In this document: in pieces, positions 23,790 to 35,770 of the stretch | How positions within the stretch are numbered: position 1 is the first letter of the stretch | Layout of the letters: each line of letters starts with the position of its first letter | From: Psammoneis japonica | Lineage: Eukaryota | Reading direction: 5' to 3' | DNA length: 42,168 nt | Assembly: GCA_008632985.1 (NCBI GenBank) | Contig: QPGO01000138.1 | Location: 186,001 to 228,168, forward strand | The notes under the pieces: model-generated | Seen by the model: the letters and a program-made list of their open reading frames with translations, nothing else | Told to the model about the DNA's origin: nothing | The model's database searches: none | Program-made: the position numbers and the translations under genes

Positions 23790-25850
23790 ATGAAGAGGTT
23801 GACACATTGGTTTGTTCTCCTGGGGTGCTTTGGTTGCTGCACATGCCACAAACGGTTGCGGGCCTCGACTCGTGACTTGATTGCCGCGCGGTGCGGGTGA
23901 CATCTGAATGGTTGACAACGTTTCCGTGGCAAGTTCTTTCTGTGTTTTCTAATTTTGTGCTGTCTAGATGCTTGCTAAAGATGTTGTTTGTGTGTTTTGT
24001 CACAGCTTCACAGGTGGCTTGATCATCTCGTACAGTCGACTGTCGCTTCTGCAACATCGACAGCTTTTGACGTGTTCCAGTCCCAGGTGACACACAAAAC
24101 GACAATCAATTTTGAACACAATTTATGTGTCTCTGGTGTGTGGAGCATTTGAATGTAAAATGCTTGGGCAGATGGGCTTTTGCAGGTGTTTAGAGCATGT
24201 GCATGTAAATGGTTTTTTTGTTGGCACTCAACTCCTCATGGGGGATGTGTGTCACAAACTTCCTCTGCAGACTCAACACTGATTGCACGTCAGCACATTG
24301 GATGCAGATTTTTGGTTGCAGGTGGGGCACCTGCCAGAAGGTCTTGCAGAAAAATTGTTTGGTTCGACAATCAAATGACGGCAACAATTTTGCCGAAAAC
24401 CATCCATCATGTTGCAACGGACGATTCATTTGTCACAATGTTAAAAACATGGATGGCACAAAAACAATGACATTGCAACACTGACACAAGTCTTGTCAGT
24501 GTTGCAAAACATTTGATTTTGGACAAATCTGTGCTTTTGGTGGTGAAATTTTGTTTGCAAGCAAGAGACCGCGCAAAAATCGCGCAAAGATCATTTTTGC
24601 ACACGATTTGGGTCAAGTGTGGCTGGAGCACGTCTTTTTCATGGCATTTGCACCACAAAAGCACATTTGTTTGGGAGCCTTGTGCTTCACCCCGCTCCAC
24701 ATCCTTTGGTGTGACTGTTGTTGATGTTGAGATGGACTTGTGACACGTTTGACATCCTTCTTGGGTCTTGGTCAGCGCATGACAACGGCGTGTCATTTTT
24801 GTGGCGTCGCAATTTCTGAAAAGTGTGTGCCGTGGAAACAAATCAATGTGATGGAGCACCGAGGCTGCTCACAACATTGGGATTTGTCAGACAGTCTTGT
24901 TGCTGTCCACAGAAGATGTTCCAGTGAGTGTGATGTGATTGATTGGCTTTCAGACTCGTTTTGACAAAATTCTCATTCCCTCACGAGCCTTTTTTTGTGA
25001 GTTGCAGGTTCATCTGTGCAGGTGTCTGGTCATTTTTGACCCTTTCCTCTCATTCTTCAACTGTGTTGTCTTCACAATCTAAGACATGATGCAGTCCATG
25101 TTATTTTTGGAGATCTTGGTGGTGCAACCACGTTTCTGGGCTTTGCACTTGGCAAAATGAAGAGGTGGAGGACAGCCAAGCCGGGCACCTTGCCTCCTCT
25201 TGGTTGCACAGATCCCACAAACCGCTGCCTTTGCTGGGTTCCATAAAATTTGGTGGAGTCACTCAGAACTGCCTCTGGGAGCTTGTGTGGTGAGTGTGCA
25301 GTGATGTGTGCCCTCATTGGTTCATTGTTGTGTGCTTTGTTCCACTCACATTTGCACCTTCTTGCGCTTTTGTCAGTTTGCCAGCGTGGACAATCTGTGA
25401 CCGCAAGAGCCACATGACATGTGTTCTTTGACAACATTTGTTCATTTGGGGAATCAGATCCTGGAGTTTTCATTGTCCAGTTGCAGACAGATGTGGAAGA
25501 TTGACTTTGCTGCAGCAGTCGAACGTGCAATTGTGCATCTCAACGGCAGAGTCAGCAGCGAGTGTGCACATTGTCCCATGAGCACTAAAGCAGCAGACAA
25601 CATGTTTAGATCTAGATGGCTCAATGGCTGTTATTGTTTGTTAGTCTACCAGTGTTTGTTAGAGTTGCGACTGTGTTGGAGCAACATCATGGTCACACCA
25701 GGTGTTCACACTCAATGCGGCGGCAGCACGGTGCACAGTGCGGTGCCGCGTACATTACATCATGCGCATGCGCGGAGCCCTCACTTCTTTCTTCTTTTGC
25801 GCGGTAGATAGCCAGCTCATTTTTTGTGTTGCCCTCGATCAAAAGATCAG
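23790..25850. repeat. TpA-depleted repeat block 4 (less complete depletion)
   Basis: TA is rare from about 24000 to 25600; contains MITE family B copy 2. Confidence 0.75.
24069..24634. mobile_element. MITE family B, copy 2 (566 bp, TIR GACGTGTTCCAG / CTGGAGCACGTC, TSD TTTT)
   Basis: Inverted termini, tttt on both flanks, collinear with the two halves of 19315-20599. Confidence 0.85.
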
Positions 25851-26090
25851 AGCACTATTGAGAAGCAAAGAATCATCGTTCGTCGAGTCTCATAATGGCG
25901 AATGAAGAACAACAAGCCACAAATCATCAAAGGAGGGAAAATTTGAACTTTTTTTGGTGCTTGCGCAGGCGCTTTGGGGGGTTCGCATTTTTTGTGCGGT
26001 GTTCAAGTGTGTCATGTCGTTATTTATTTACAAAGTGCTGAATGACAATATGGAGAGTCGCAACAATTATTGTGAAATGGAAAATGGCAG

Positions 26091-28688
26091 TCACCACGGT
26101 TTGTGGTGTTTCTTTACAGGTCCCTTCTTTGGTGGATGTGCATGTTTCTTCTGATTTCCTGAACCGTTGTGTTTTTTCCAATGAGGATGATTGCGATTTT
26201 GAGCCGGCTTTTTCGGAGCCTTTTGATTTTTCCCACGATGTTTATTATGTTTTGCATGCCATGGTCGCCAGTTTGGGTTGATCATGCTTGTGGGTGAACG
26301 GGTCTTTTTTTTGACTTGGGTTGGTGCTCTTGTTGTTGTTGTTGTTGTTGGCGTTGGGGTTTTCCGCTTGTTGGGTTTTGGTGTAGGACGATATTTGGCA
26401 TGCCATGGGCGCCAGTTTGGGTTGATCCTCGTTGTTGGACGGGTCGTCGCTTTTGGTGGTGGTGGAGCACTTGTTGGCTTGGGGCTCAATGGAGTGGTAG
26501 TCGGGGGTGGTGTGGGAAACCTTGTTGGAGGCCTTGTTGCAAGTACCGGGGTACGCGTTGGCTTGGGGCTTGGCGGAACGGTTGGAGGCGGAGTAGGGCC
26601 CTTTGTAGGCTTCTTTGTTTTTGGCACCCTACTAGCTGTGGGCTTGGGGCTCGGCGGCATTGTGGGTGGCAAAGTGGGACTCAGTGTCGGCGCCAAAGTA
26701 GTGGGCTTGAGGCTTGGTGGCAAAGTCGGGGGCAATGTGAGAGCAAGAGTTGGTTTCAGTGTAGTTGGATCGAGGCTTGGTAGAGGCGTTGGTGTCGGAG
26801 TGGGACGAGTTGTGGGAGCTGGTGTTGGTGCTTCCGTGTTCACACAGGCGTTGAAATATGAACATTGACCAGTGAAAGAGTTGCACGTATCCACTGTACA
26901 TGGGTCATTGTCGTTACAATCGGAATCCTTTTCGCACTCAACGGCTGTTCTAAAGCTCGCGACTTGTGCTCTCACATCATTGATGTGACGGGCACAATCG
27001 CTGTACTCGTCACCCAATGGTGCAGAGTTTACTCCATCATACTTGATCTGAGGAGACATCACGCGAAACCACGAAGCGGTGAGTCTACCAACAGCGGTAT
27101 TACCTTGACGTTCGACTGGCGCACTCTTACCGCTTTTAGTGGAGTTGAGAACCTCTGGGCTCTCGGACAATAACCTCCTTTGTTGTTGTCACATTGGCCA
27201 GAAACACAATTATAAGCCATTATGGTACGGAACCGGGCTTGAGGATCTCTCCACCCAAAGTTGTACACATCCTTGTCCACGCAGTTTCCTTTCTCCCCTC
27301 GATCGTGGTCGCAACCTAACCAACCAAAGAGCACAATGGGGCGACTTGGCGTTAGTTGCAAAACGGTTGTTGAAGACTCGCGTTCACACAAGGACAGGCT
27401 CACCCATGTTGTGTCCTAAGCACGTCGAAGTACAGCAAAAAAGAGACGAGAAGCCAGTCAGTTGCACACAACATGACTTCATTGATGTCAGCGACAATTA
27501 CGGAAGAACGCAAGAACAGCGAATGATGACTTGCCAATCTCGTGCCCAAAGGTGAACATCCCGCTAGTGGCACACCACCACATCGTGACAGAAAACATAA
27601 ATTCATCTATTGGTCCAAGCCAACCAAGTCCACAGATCCCATCATTGTCACCCGCCACAATCAGAGCAACAAGATCGGCTCCGTACTCATCGCGTTTTTC
27701 ATGAACGTCATCCATTTTCCCGTCGCCGCTGAAGGTGATATCGTTAAGGATATCATACGAACTGCTGGATTCATCGTAGGTCTCGTCTCTGTAGGCATGA
27801 ACAAGGCGGAGTTGTGTATGAATTCCACTTTCGGTGTATGCAACGTTGGTCTCTTCGATCGCTAGATCTATCAGCCCCATCATTCCTTCGGTTGTAGCTT
27901 GGTTGATTTGACAGTTCACTGGCTTGAATACTCGTGCACACTCTGTATGATTTGAGGAGTGGAGAAAAAGATTGGGATGGGTTAAAAGCAATATTCTCTA
28001 GTCAAAGGCATTCGCAATCAAGTTCCAACCAAATGTTGCACCTACCTGCCTCTCTTGTCCACACAACCATTACGTCAATAGTATCGCCATTATCACTAAC
28101 AAGCTTTCGTCGAATGCCATTCTCGTCGAAATCAAATCTTGGCTTTGACCTTACCACCTTGGAGAGTTTTCGCTTCACACTTTTGAGCTTTCTATTAGGA
28201 GCCATGCCATTCTTGGGAGGAACGAGAGGATCGGGTTCAGGTGGGACATCAGCCCATGGAGTTACAGTCAGTCGAGTGATTGCAAATTCGTCCGGTCCAA
28301 ATCGGTAAACATTGTTTTCGTCCGACATGGAACCAAAGTACAACGTAGTGTTTGGGCCAGGGCCACGTGTCTCCAGCTCTCGAGTGACCATGTCCATCGA
28401 TGCTAGCCCAGATTCCCCATGAAACTTCCCTCTTCGACGTCGTCCAGTTTGCTTGAATGTTCTAGTAATTCCTTCTCCAAGCTCAATTTCGATATCTTCA
28501 ATGTCCATCAGGTCCCCTTCACGCAAGTCTGATATATCGAATTGGCAATAGTTACTGCCCGGGCAGCCTTGAATCTTTTTTAGTCTCTTCTTGATGCCTC
28601 GTGTTTTCCAGCTTCCCAAGTTTGCGACCTTTGCGGAAGCGATAGTAGCCAGAATCATCATAAAGGCAATTTGTAGATCAATTCTCAT
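26091..28688 (-). CDS. Second secreted reprolysin/M12B-type zinc metallopeptidase; exons 28688-28046, 27942-27535, 27415-27404, 27315-27131, 27047-26091
   Basis: Signal peptide, IDVMVVWTREAEC, spliced zinc motif HEIGHNMGCDH, CNDNDPCTVDTC repeat, PT stalk and K/H-rich tail. Clear paralogue of 1288-3370, sharing the intron after RFSTPL. Confidence 0.88.
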
Positions 28689-28899
28689 TGGTACAATTTC
28701 TGCAGTAAGGGGGATTATTTGATATCTTTGTCCATTGCGTTGAAATTTGTGGCGGGCGCGAGAAGATGTTTGGACAATCGATGATGCGAATGCGGATTTG
28801 CTCTGTCGTGGCGGCAAAAAATGAGCATCAAAAAATTCAAAACAAGAATTGACAAAAGACTCAGTAGGACATTCCGTAGATTTCTACGCAATAATTGTA

Positions 28900-31800
28900 C
28901 ACAGTTTGAGTCGTGGCCAGTTTGGCAGCAAAAAAAGCTCGAGCGTCTGAATGCAGGCGCAACAGCTGTTGGATCTTCTTTTGTGCCGCATCACCGGGTT
29001 ACAGTGTGCGCAGTGTCATTGCTGACCCATGCTGGTTGCACATTTTGGGCTCTCATCTGATTGTGTTAAAGCACTCCCAGTCTCGCTCAACGGCCGCACA
29101 GCCTCCCCCCAGTTGCTGCCCTGAGCTCTGATCTGTCACGCCAGTGCTGCCGTGTTGGCGACAGCAGCACCACAGGCTCTCACCCACCAAGGCAAGTGCT
29201 CAGGATGCACACACATGCACAAAAGGAAATTGTTTTTCTTTGCTTTTCATCTGCATCATCATGTGTCAAGAAGACAGAGCTGCGCTTGTTGGCGTTTCTC
29301 GGCGTGCAAAAATGTTCTGTGCCCCAAGCCGAAGGCCCGAGACAGCCCAGCCATCCCCTTGCTCTCCCCATGCATTTTCAACAACTGGCATTGATGACAA
29401 GGAAAATGAATGCTTGTCAGATCCAGAACAAGTTGGAAATGCAGGTGGAAGTGGCTGGGTGATGTCATTTTCTGTCAGTGCTCTTGATGCCCGGACAACG
29501 CTCGCACACAAAGTCTCAAGCACACCGCTGACTCTTCTCAAGACCAGCCAGCAACAATGTCTCCAGCCACATCTTTTCTTCTCAGCACTCTTTGGCACCT
29601 GGTGCTGTTGTTGTCAGACTCATCTTGGGCACACAGGAGGAGGCATGGTGAAGACCAGAGTGGCCAGATCTCCACCAGGAGCTTCTTCTCACTCTTTGGC
29701 ACCCAGCGCTGTTGTCACCAGACACATCTTGGGTGGACAATGAGTGCCCTGTCAGGTTGTTGAGGCTCTCCTTTTGCTGCTCATCTCCACCCTGTGCACA
29801 CGGTGCCAGTTTCAGAGACCAGCTCTTCTTTGGGTGGCGGCTCTTTTCAGCTCTTTTGTGCTCCTCTTGTGCCTTGAGCTGGCTGACCAGCTGACTTCCA
29901 TCATTGGTGCAGCCCCAAGAAGGCACTCTGTGTTGCTTTGCAGCATCATGCAAAGTCAGTGTCAGCATGAGCTTTGCAGCACTTTTTGTTGTGCATTTTT
30001 TGTCAATCACAGCATCAAAAACAATTTTTTGGCACCACAAAGTCAACTTGTTGACTGCCTTGACAGCTGCACAAAAGCAATCATTGTTGCCCTGGCATCA
30101 CACACCTCAACAATGATGGCTCACACACTTGCATGGCTGCTTCATCTGCAGACCTGCAGGTGGCACCCTCAACACATTGTCCTGCCTTGCAAGTGACAAG
30201 TGTGACACCAGGGCAGAAGCTTGTGTTCGTTGAACTTGCCTGGACATCATGGCTTGTGCTCCTTGCACTTGCAGCTGGTGCACAACTTGTGCACATGTCG
30301 ATGCACCATGTTGCATGCCATGGCTCCAAATTTTGGGAGATGAGGAGGATGTGCACATGTCCACAATGCTGCAAAAAGCATGACTGCAGATGGGCTCAAG
30401 AAAAGCAGATGACATGGCTGAGTTCTGTGGTGGTCGCAATGCACAAAAGTGAGTGTTTCAAACAAAGATGCATGTGATTGTTGACGAAGCTGGTGTCAGA
30501 CATTGTGCAGCAGCACCATGCTCAACATGATGCAGGTGCAAGCACTCGCATCTCTGTCTGGAAGGAGACAGCACACAGCACAAACACACATGCTTTGAGC
30601 AGTGCAAATGAGTGGTCACCAAGCAGTCAAGTCAAACCCAGACAAACCAGCACATGGAAGCCAGCTTTTAAATCCAACAGGCAAGTGTTGGGCTGGCTTT
30701 GTCAAGAGTGGTGGGAGAGCCCTGGGTGTGTGGCCAGGGTTGTTGTTTTTTCTGCTGCAAATTGTGCTTTTTCCACATTGCAAAGAACAGCATGTTTTGA
30801 CAAGCATGTCAAGTCTGGCAGTCAGACATGCTGTCGTCCATGTGTCACATTGCAGTCCCAGAAATTGACTTGTGCAAATGTGCTGTGACCTTGACAAAAA
30901 ATCCAACATGTGCACGTCATGTCACCTTCTGTCATGTCAGTTGATTTCCACTTCTCTGGTGTGCCTGACCTTCACCCAGGGGAGGGACATTTCTCATGGT
31001 GTCTCAAGGTTCTTGACAGCTCTTTGTTTGTGCAGGAGTGACTGGAGTTTGCTGGGTGCAATTGGGTGCTGCATGTCTTTTGAACAAAAGCAGCAGAGAA
31101 GCAGCCAGTCAAAATGCCCAAAACAACACCTCATTTCACAATGAGCAAAAAAAAAGGACAAAGCAGCAGAAGAATCTGGTTGGCTCATTTTTGCACAAAC
31201 TCAACATCAACAGCTCTTCCAGCAGGATGTGGCTGGTTGCAGCAGCAGCCTGCTTTGAACCTGCATGTGGGGCCAATTTCGTGTCGCGCACCTCAACTTT
31301 GCAGGCCACACATGACAGCATTGTCATTTGTTTTTTCTGTGCACAGCTGCACACTCAAAAGTTGCAGCCACACTGAGAACAATGCAACATGTGCATGATG
31401 CAATGAAAAAAAAGACCTTGTGCACTGCAATGGAAAAAGGTCACAAAAGAAAAAGTGGAGTTTTGCTGCAGAGAAAAAGTTGTTCAGTGCAGCCGAGTCT
31501 TTTTCAGTGAGCAAAGTGCGCAAATGAGAAATTGTGTTGCAGTTGAGTCACATCCAAACAAACACAATCATGTGGAAGCCAGCAGGGAAACCCACCAGGT
31601 GTCAGGCTGTTTTTGATGAGAACAGTGAGAACCTTGGCGCGGGTGCGTGTGGCCGCGGATTTTTCTTGGTCAACACAGTCAAGTCTTTTTCAGTGACTTC
31701 AAACACTTGCAGAGTTACTTTGGCCTGCCACAGTCCTGGAGTTGCATTGCTGCAAGCTTTGGCCAGCTTGTCTTTTTTGAGAGAAAGAAAGAGGCTCTTT

Positions 31801-32150
31801 TCATGACCATGTGCAAAAAGAGCAAGCCAGCACCAGAGGGGCAGTCGTCCTTCTTCTTCTTGCTTGGCTGAACTTTCGGAATCTCCCAATGAACTTTCTG
31901 GCAGTCATTTCACCTGGCTTTTTCGTGGATTGTTGCATGTGCCATTTCTGTTTCTGAATGGGTCTGAGAGGGAAAACATGTTCAGAGGTGACTGCGCAAT
32001 CATCCATGAGAGCAGTGATGCGAGGTCGTCTCGAGGAAACAACAAACCGCGAATCATCCTCGCGCATCTGTCCGTTTGGTCGCTCTCCCCACGAATTTTT
32101 TTGGAATTTTGTCGAAAACCGCGGCCGCATTGAAGTGTGACGCAGACCTT
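28900..32150. repeat. TpA-depleted block 5
   Basis: Between about 29070 and 32150 I find only two TA (about 30669 and 31716); TA returns abruptly at about 32154 (ccgtatcgaatagacgtaga). Confidence 0.9.
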
Positions 32151-32299
32151 CCGTATCGAATAGACGTAGATTTCTACAGGGAATTGAGTTTTCAAAAAAT
32201 CGGCACTTCTGATGCGATAACGGTATTTTGCTGATTGCCCTCGACGGTTTATGTTGCTGTTATTCATTGTTGTTTTTCTTGTCACGACCTTTATACACC

Positions 32300-34797
32300 A
32301 TGTCTGAACCCAATAAGGCGCAAGAGATTAACCTGTTATTGTCAGAACAGAATGTGAATATGTGGAAACTCCGAGAAATGGCCTTGACCGAGGGAGGTCT
32401 CATGAATGGTATGTTGTGTTTCGTTGTTTTGAAGTTTTTCTGTGCACCCGCGTGCACGAACCATCTCTCATCCGCTGTCGTTGCTTTGCGTAGATACCAT
32501 TCGAAAAAGGGCTTGGCCCAAGCTTGTGGGGCTGCATAGTGAAGAAACAGCATCGGATCATCCTCAACAGTCCTTATACGACGAACTCTACACGTTGCAA
32601 GCGGAACGCAAATCGCTTCCCGAAATTATCGATGATTCTACTTCCTTGACACCCACCAATTTACAAGAATTCAATCAAGCCAGCAAGGGGAAAGACAAAA
32701 AGCTTGAATCACTGTAAGTTTCAGAGGGCGGAAGTATGCTTCTGTTGTTGTTCATGTGTTGTTTTATTCAACTTCCCCCCCTCTCTTTTCCTTAGCAAAT
32801 CCCAATCGCAACAACAACGAAACAATGCTGTTGTAGAAAGTTTGGATGCCGATCAGATTCAACGCGACGTGGCCCGCTGTACGTGGCACCTCTTGACGGG
32901 CTCGCAACGGTCCCGCCGGTTGCAAATGAAAAACAAGTCCAAAAAGCGAATTGCTTCTCTTCTTTTGAAAAAACAGAGGCGATTGGCCGACTTGATAAAT
33001 TTGACCTTGGTGCGGAGCTACATGCACCACGCGTCGTCCGAGGAACGATTGCATTATTATCAAGGATATCATGATGTCGCGTGCATTTTCTTATCGGCCT
33101 TGGGTGGCGGTGGGAGTGGACCACTACTAGCACAAGAAGAAAAGACAAAAACACCCATGGATACCAAGGCCCAAGCCATGGGATTGGATTTGCCGTCGCG
33201 TGTCTTGCTGCAAATCTCGGAAAACCATTTACGAGATGTCATGCGCAGCAGCTTTATGCAACTCCAAGCAGCGCTCCGGCTTGTCTTGTTTCCACTGATT
33301 GGCGTGTTTGATGCCCAGGTGCACTCGTTTCTGTGGGATTGTGAGATGGAGCCCTACTTTGCCTTGAGTTGGGTCATCACGTGGTAACTTTCGCCTGCAA
33401 GTGCATTTCTGTCTCTTGTGGGGGGTCAAAGTCTAACTATTTTTTGCATCAATGATTCATAGGTTCAGTCACGACGTCCGGGACACGACGCTCGTCAAGC
33501 GCTTGTTTGATGTCTTTGTGGCGAGTCATCCACTTTTTCCCATCTACATGAGTGTCGCCATGGTGACGCATCCAACCAATCGAGCAGATGTGTTGCGTGC
33601 AGATTGGGGAGACTTTTCGGCTGTTCACCAGACGCTGGTGGGACTGCCGAAAAACTCGTGCTCCGTGGGATGGAAGTACAGTGTGGGGGATGGGTACATT
33701 TCGGGCGATGAAGAAGAGGATGATACAACGACGCGGAGTACGGATAACATGGAGGTATTGTCGGAGGAAATGGGACGAGACGATGGTGGCGGCAGTCAGA
33801 GCATGATATCTTCCGACTTGATGCATGTTGGGGCCAATACACGAGTTCCGTTTCAAGAGATTATTGACTTGGCCATTACATATATGTGAGTTTGAATCGC
33901 ATCGTTGATTTTAAGTCGTTGTTTGTTTCCATGTATCTCATTTGTTGTTTTGTTTCTCTATTTCTGCTAGGCGCCGAATCCCTCCATGCAATCTCTTGCG
34001 ACTAGCGCAACGCTACCACACTCAAGACGATTCTTTGTTGTCCAACACGTCGTCCATTGCGCTCTTGCAGCCTCCACCGAGTTGGGCCCTGGCCTTGGTG
34101 GCACCGTCGGATTGGATCTTGAAGCAACGGGCACGAGAAAGCCACGGCATGTCGGCCACGAGCCGCAAGGACCGAAAAAAGCGACCGTCGCAACAAGAAT
34201 CCAACGTCAAAGTGTTGCTACAGAGGAAAGTGACGTTGATGTGTATTTGCAGGAACACAAGAATTCCATTGCCGTGATTGCGGCCGGTTTGGACCCGGAG
34301 ACGAAAAGGAGAGGCGATGGAAGCGCCAAAAGAAGCTCTTGGTACGAGTAAGCGTCGCGGTTGTCGTGGTTGCAATTGCGTACGGCGTGGCGATGCAATA
34401 CCGTCCTGCACTGGAAGCCGCTTCCCCGCAGCAAGAACGACCAAAGAGACAAGAACAAACGAAAATCAAAGAGCCAACAAAAATCAAAGAGCGAACGTTG
34501 GTAAAGAACGCAACGAAACCCGCCAGCAAGAGAGCACCTGAAAAGTTGACACGACCCGCCGCCCAACCCATGACACAACCCAGACGTCCTATTGAAGTTG
34601 CGGTCCGTCCAGTGGTTGAGAAGAGTCGTCCACAGCAACATGTCGTGGAGAAAAAAGACGGAGCTAGGTCGAAAGCTCGTGAGATTCTATTGGAAGTCGT
34701 TCTTCGATTCGGAAGCGCCGTTCTCAAATTCTCCCGCGCCTTCTTTTGGGACGTGTCGCCCTTTGGATTGTATCAAAAGTATCAACAGCAGCATTAA
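32300..34797 (+). CDS. TBC1D20: TBC1D20/Gyp8-like Rab GTPase-activating protein with a C-terminal TM segment; exons 32300-32408, 32494-32713, 32796-33383, 33463-33885, 33971-34797 (last exon has apparent frameshifts)
   Basis: LREMALTEGGLMNDTIRKRAWPKL, QIQRDVARC, LHYYQGYHDVA, YFALSWVITWFSHD, RLFDVFVASHPLFPIY; canonical GT-AG introns. Confidence 0.88.
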
Positions 34798-35021
34798 TGC
34801 ACAAGCGATAGTATAAATATACAGAGTTTGGGGAAACGTGCTTCTATCAGTTACTACTTCTATTCAAACCGCCGAGCGCTCTCAGTAACCGACGGAAAAG
34901 CAAATCTCGCAGAATCTCGAAACGGCATTCTTGGCGGACGCGCAACCTTGACTCGTGTCGTCCCATCCGTCTTGTCGTTCCTTCCACCTTCTATTCGTTC
35001 GCTTGCTGTAGTTCGTTGCTG

Positions 35022-35388
35022 CTACGAAAGAGCACTCCGCTCGTGAGTCCCGTCACATCGGATTCCACGTCGGCAAGACGAGCACGTTCCTGGTGCTGAC
35101 TCGTCTGAACGGCCACATAGTCCACCTCGATGCCCTCCGTCGTGTTCATGAACCCATTCATCTCGGATAAGAGTTGCTTGGTGGTACTCTTGACGTCTCG
35201 AGAATACCCTCGAGACGGGCGGCGGCCTCACGAGCACTCTCCATGCGATCCTTGCGCACTTGGCGTTTGACTTGATGATTCTCCGATTCCTGGATACCAT
35301 CATTGGTATTGTTGTTGCCCGCCGACTCGTCAAAGTCAGGGTCGTTATCGCCTGGAGCGGGGGCGTTCATGTTGTCAAAGTTGTCCAT
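35022..35388 (-). CDS. Small hypothetical protein (MDNFDNMNAPAPG...), 3' end uncertain
   Basis: ATG in a good context followed by an acidic/Asn-rich then charged helical ORF; no domain recognised. Confidence 0.3.
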
Positions 35389-35770
35389 GGTGGATATCGT
35401 TGTCGCGGAAAGAAAATGTGTGTTCTTGTCATTTTTTGAATCGAGCTCTGTGCGTAGAAAATGCGTAGAAACATACCAAGAAACGGATTGATGAGTCGAA
35501 TGATTCGTACGTTCTGCGGCGGGAAATTTTGGCGCGCGCGAACTCACGCGATAAAGACCTAGATTCAAAGTTTTTTTTGAATAAGGAAATTTATCCAAAT
35601 TTATCAAAGGCATAGTTTTGAATACAAAAATTAATCCTATTCGCACCACATCACCCCATCCCGCGATCCCGCGACCACAAAGCCACGACGATGGCGGCAA
35701 TCGTCGATCGTTTTGTTGTTTTAGGTTTTAGGGATTTCACTATCGGTAGTACTAAAAGTTAACTAACTAG

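Noticed and set aside
28900..32150. Many overlapping 60-200 aa Cys/His-rich ORFs, here and in the other blocks
   Set aside because: They are a by-product of losing TAA/TAG stops and Tyr codons; no domains are recognisable and they occur on both strands.
35718..35735. tttaggttttaggg telomere-like motif
   Set aside because: Only two imperfect units, not distinguishable from chance.
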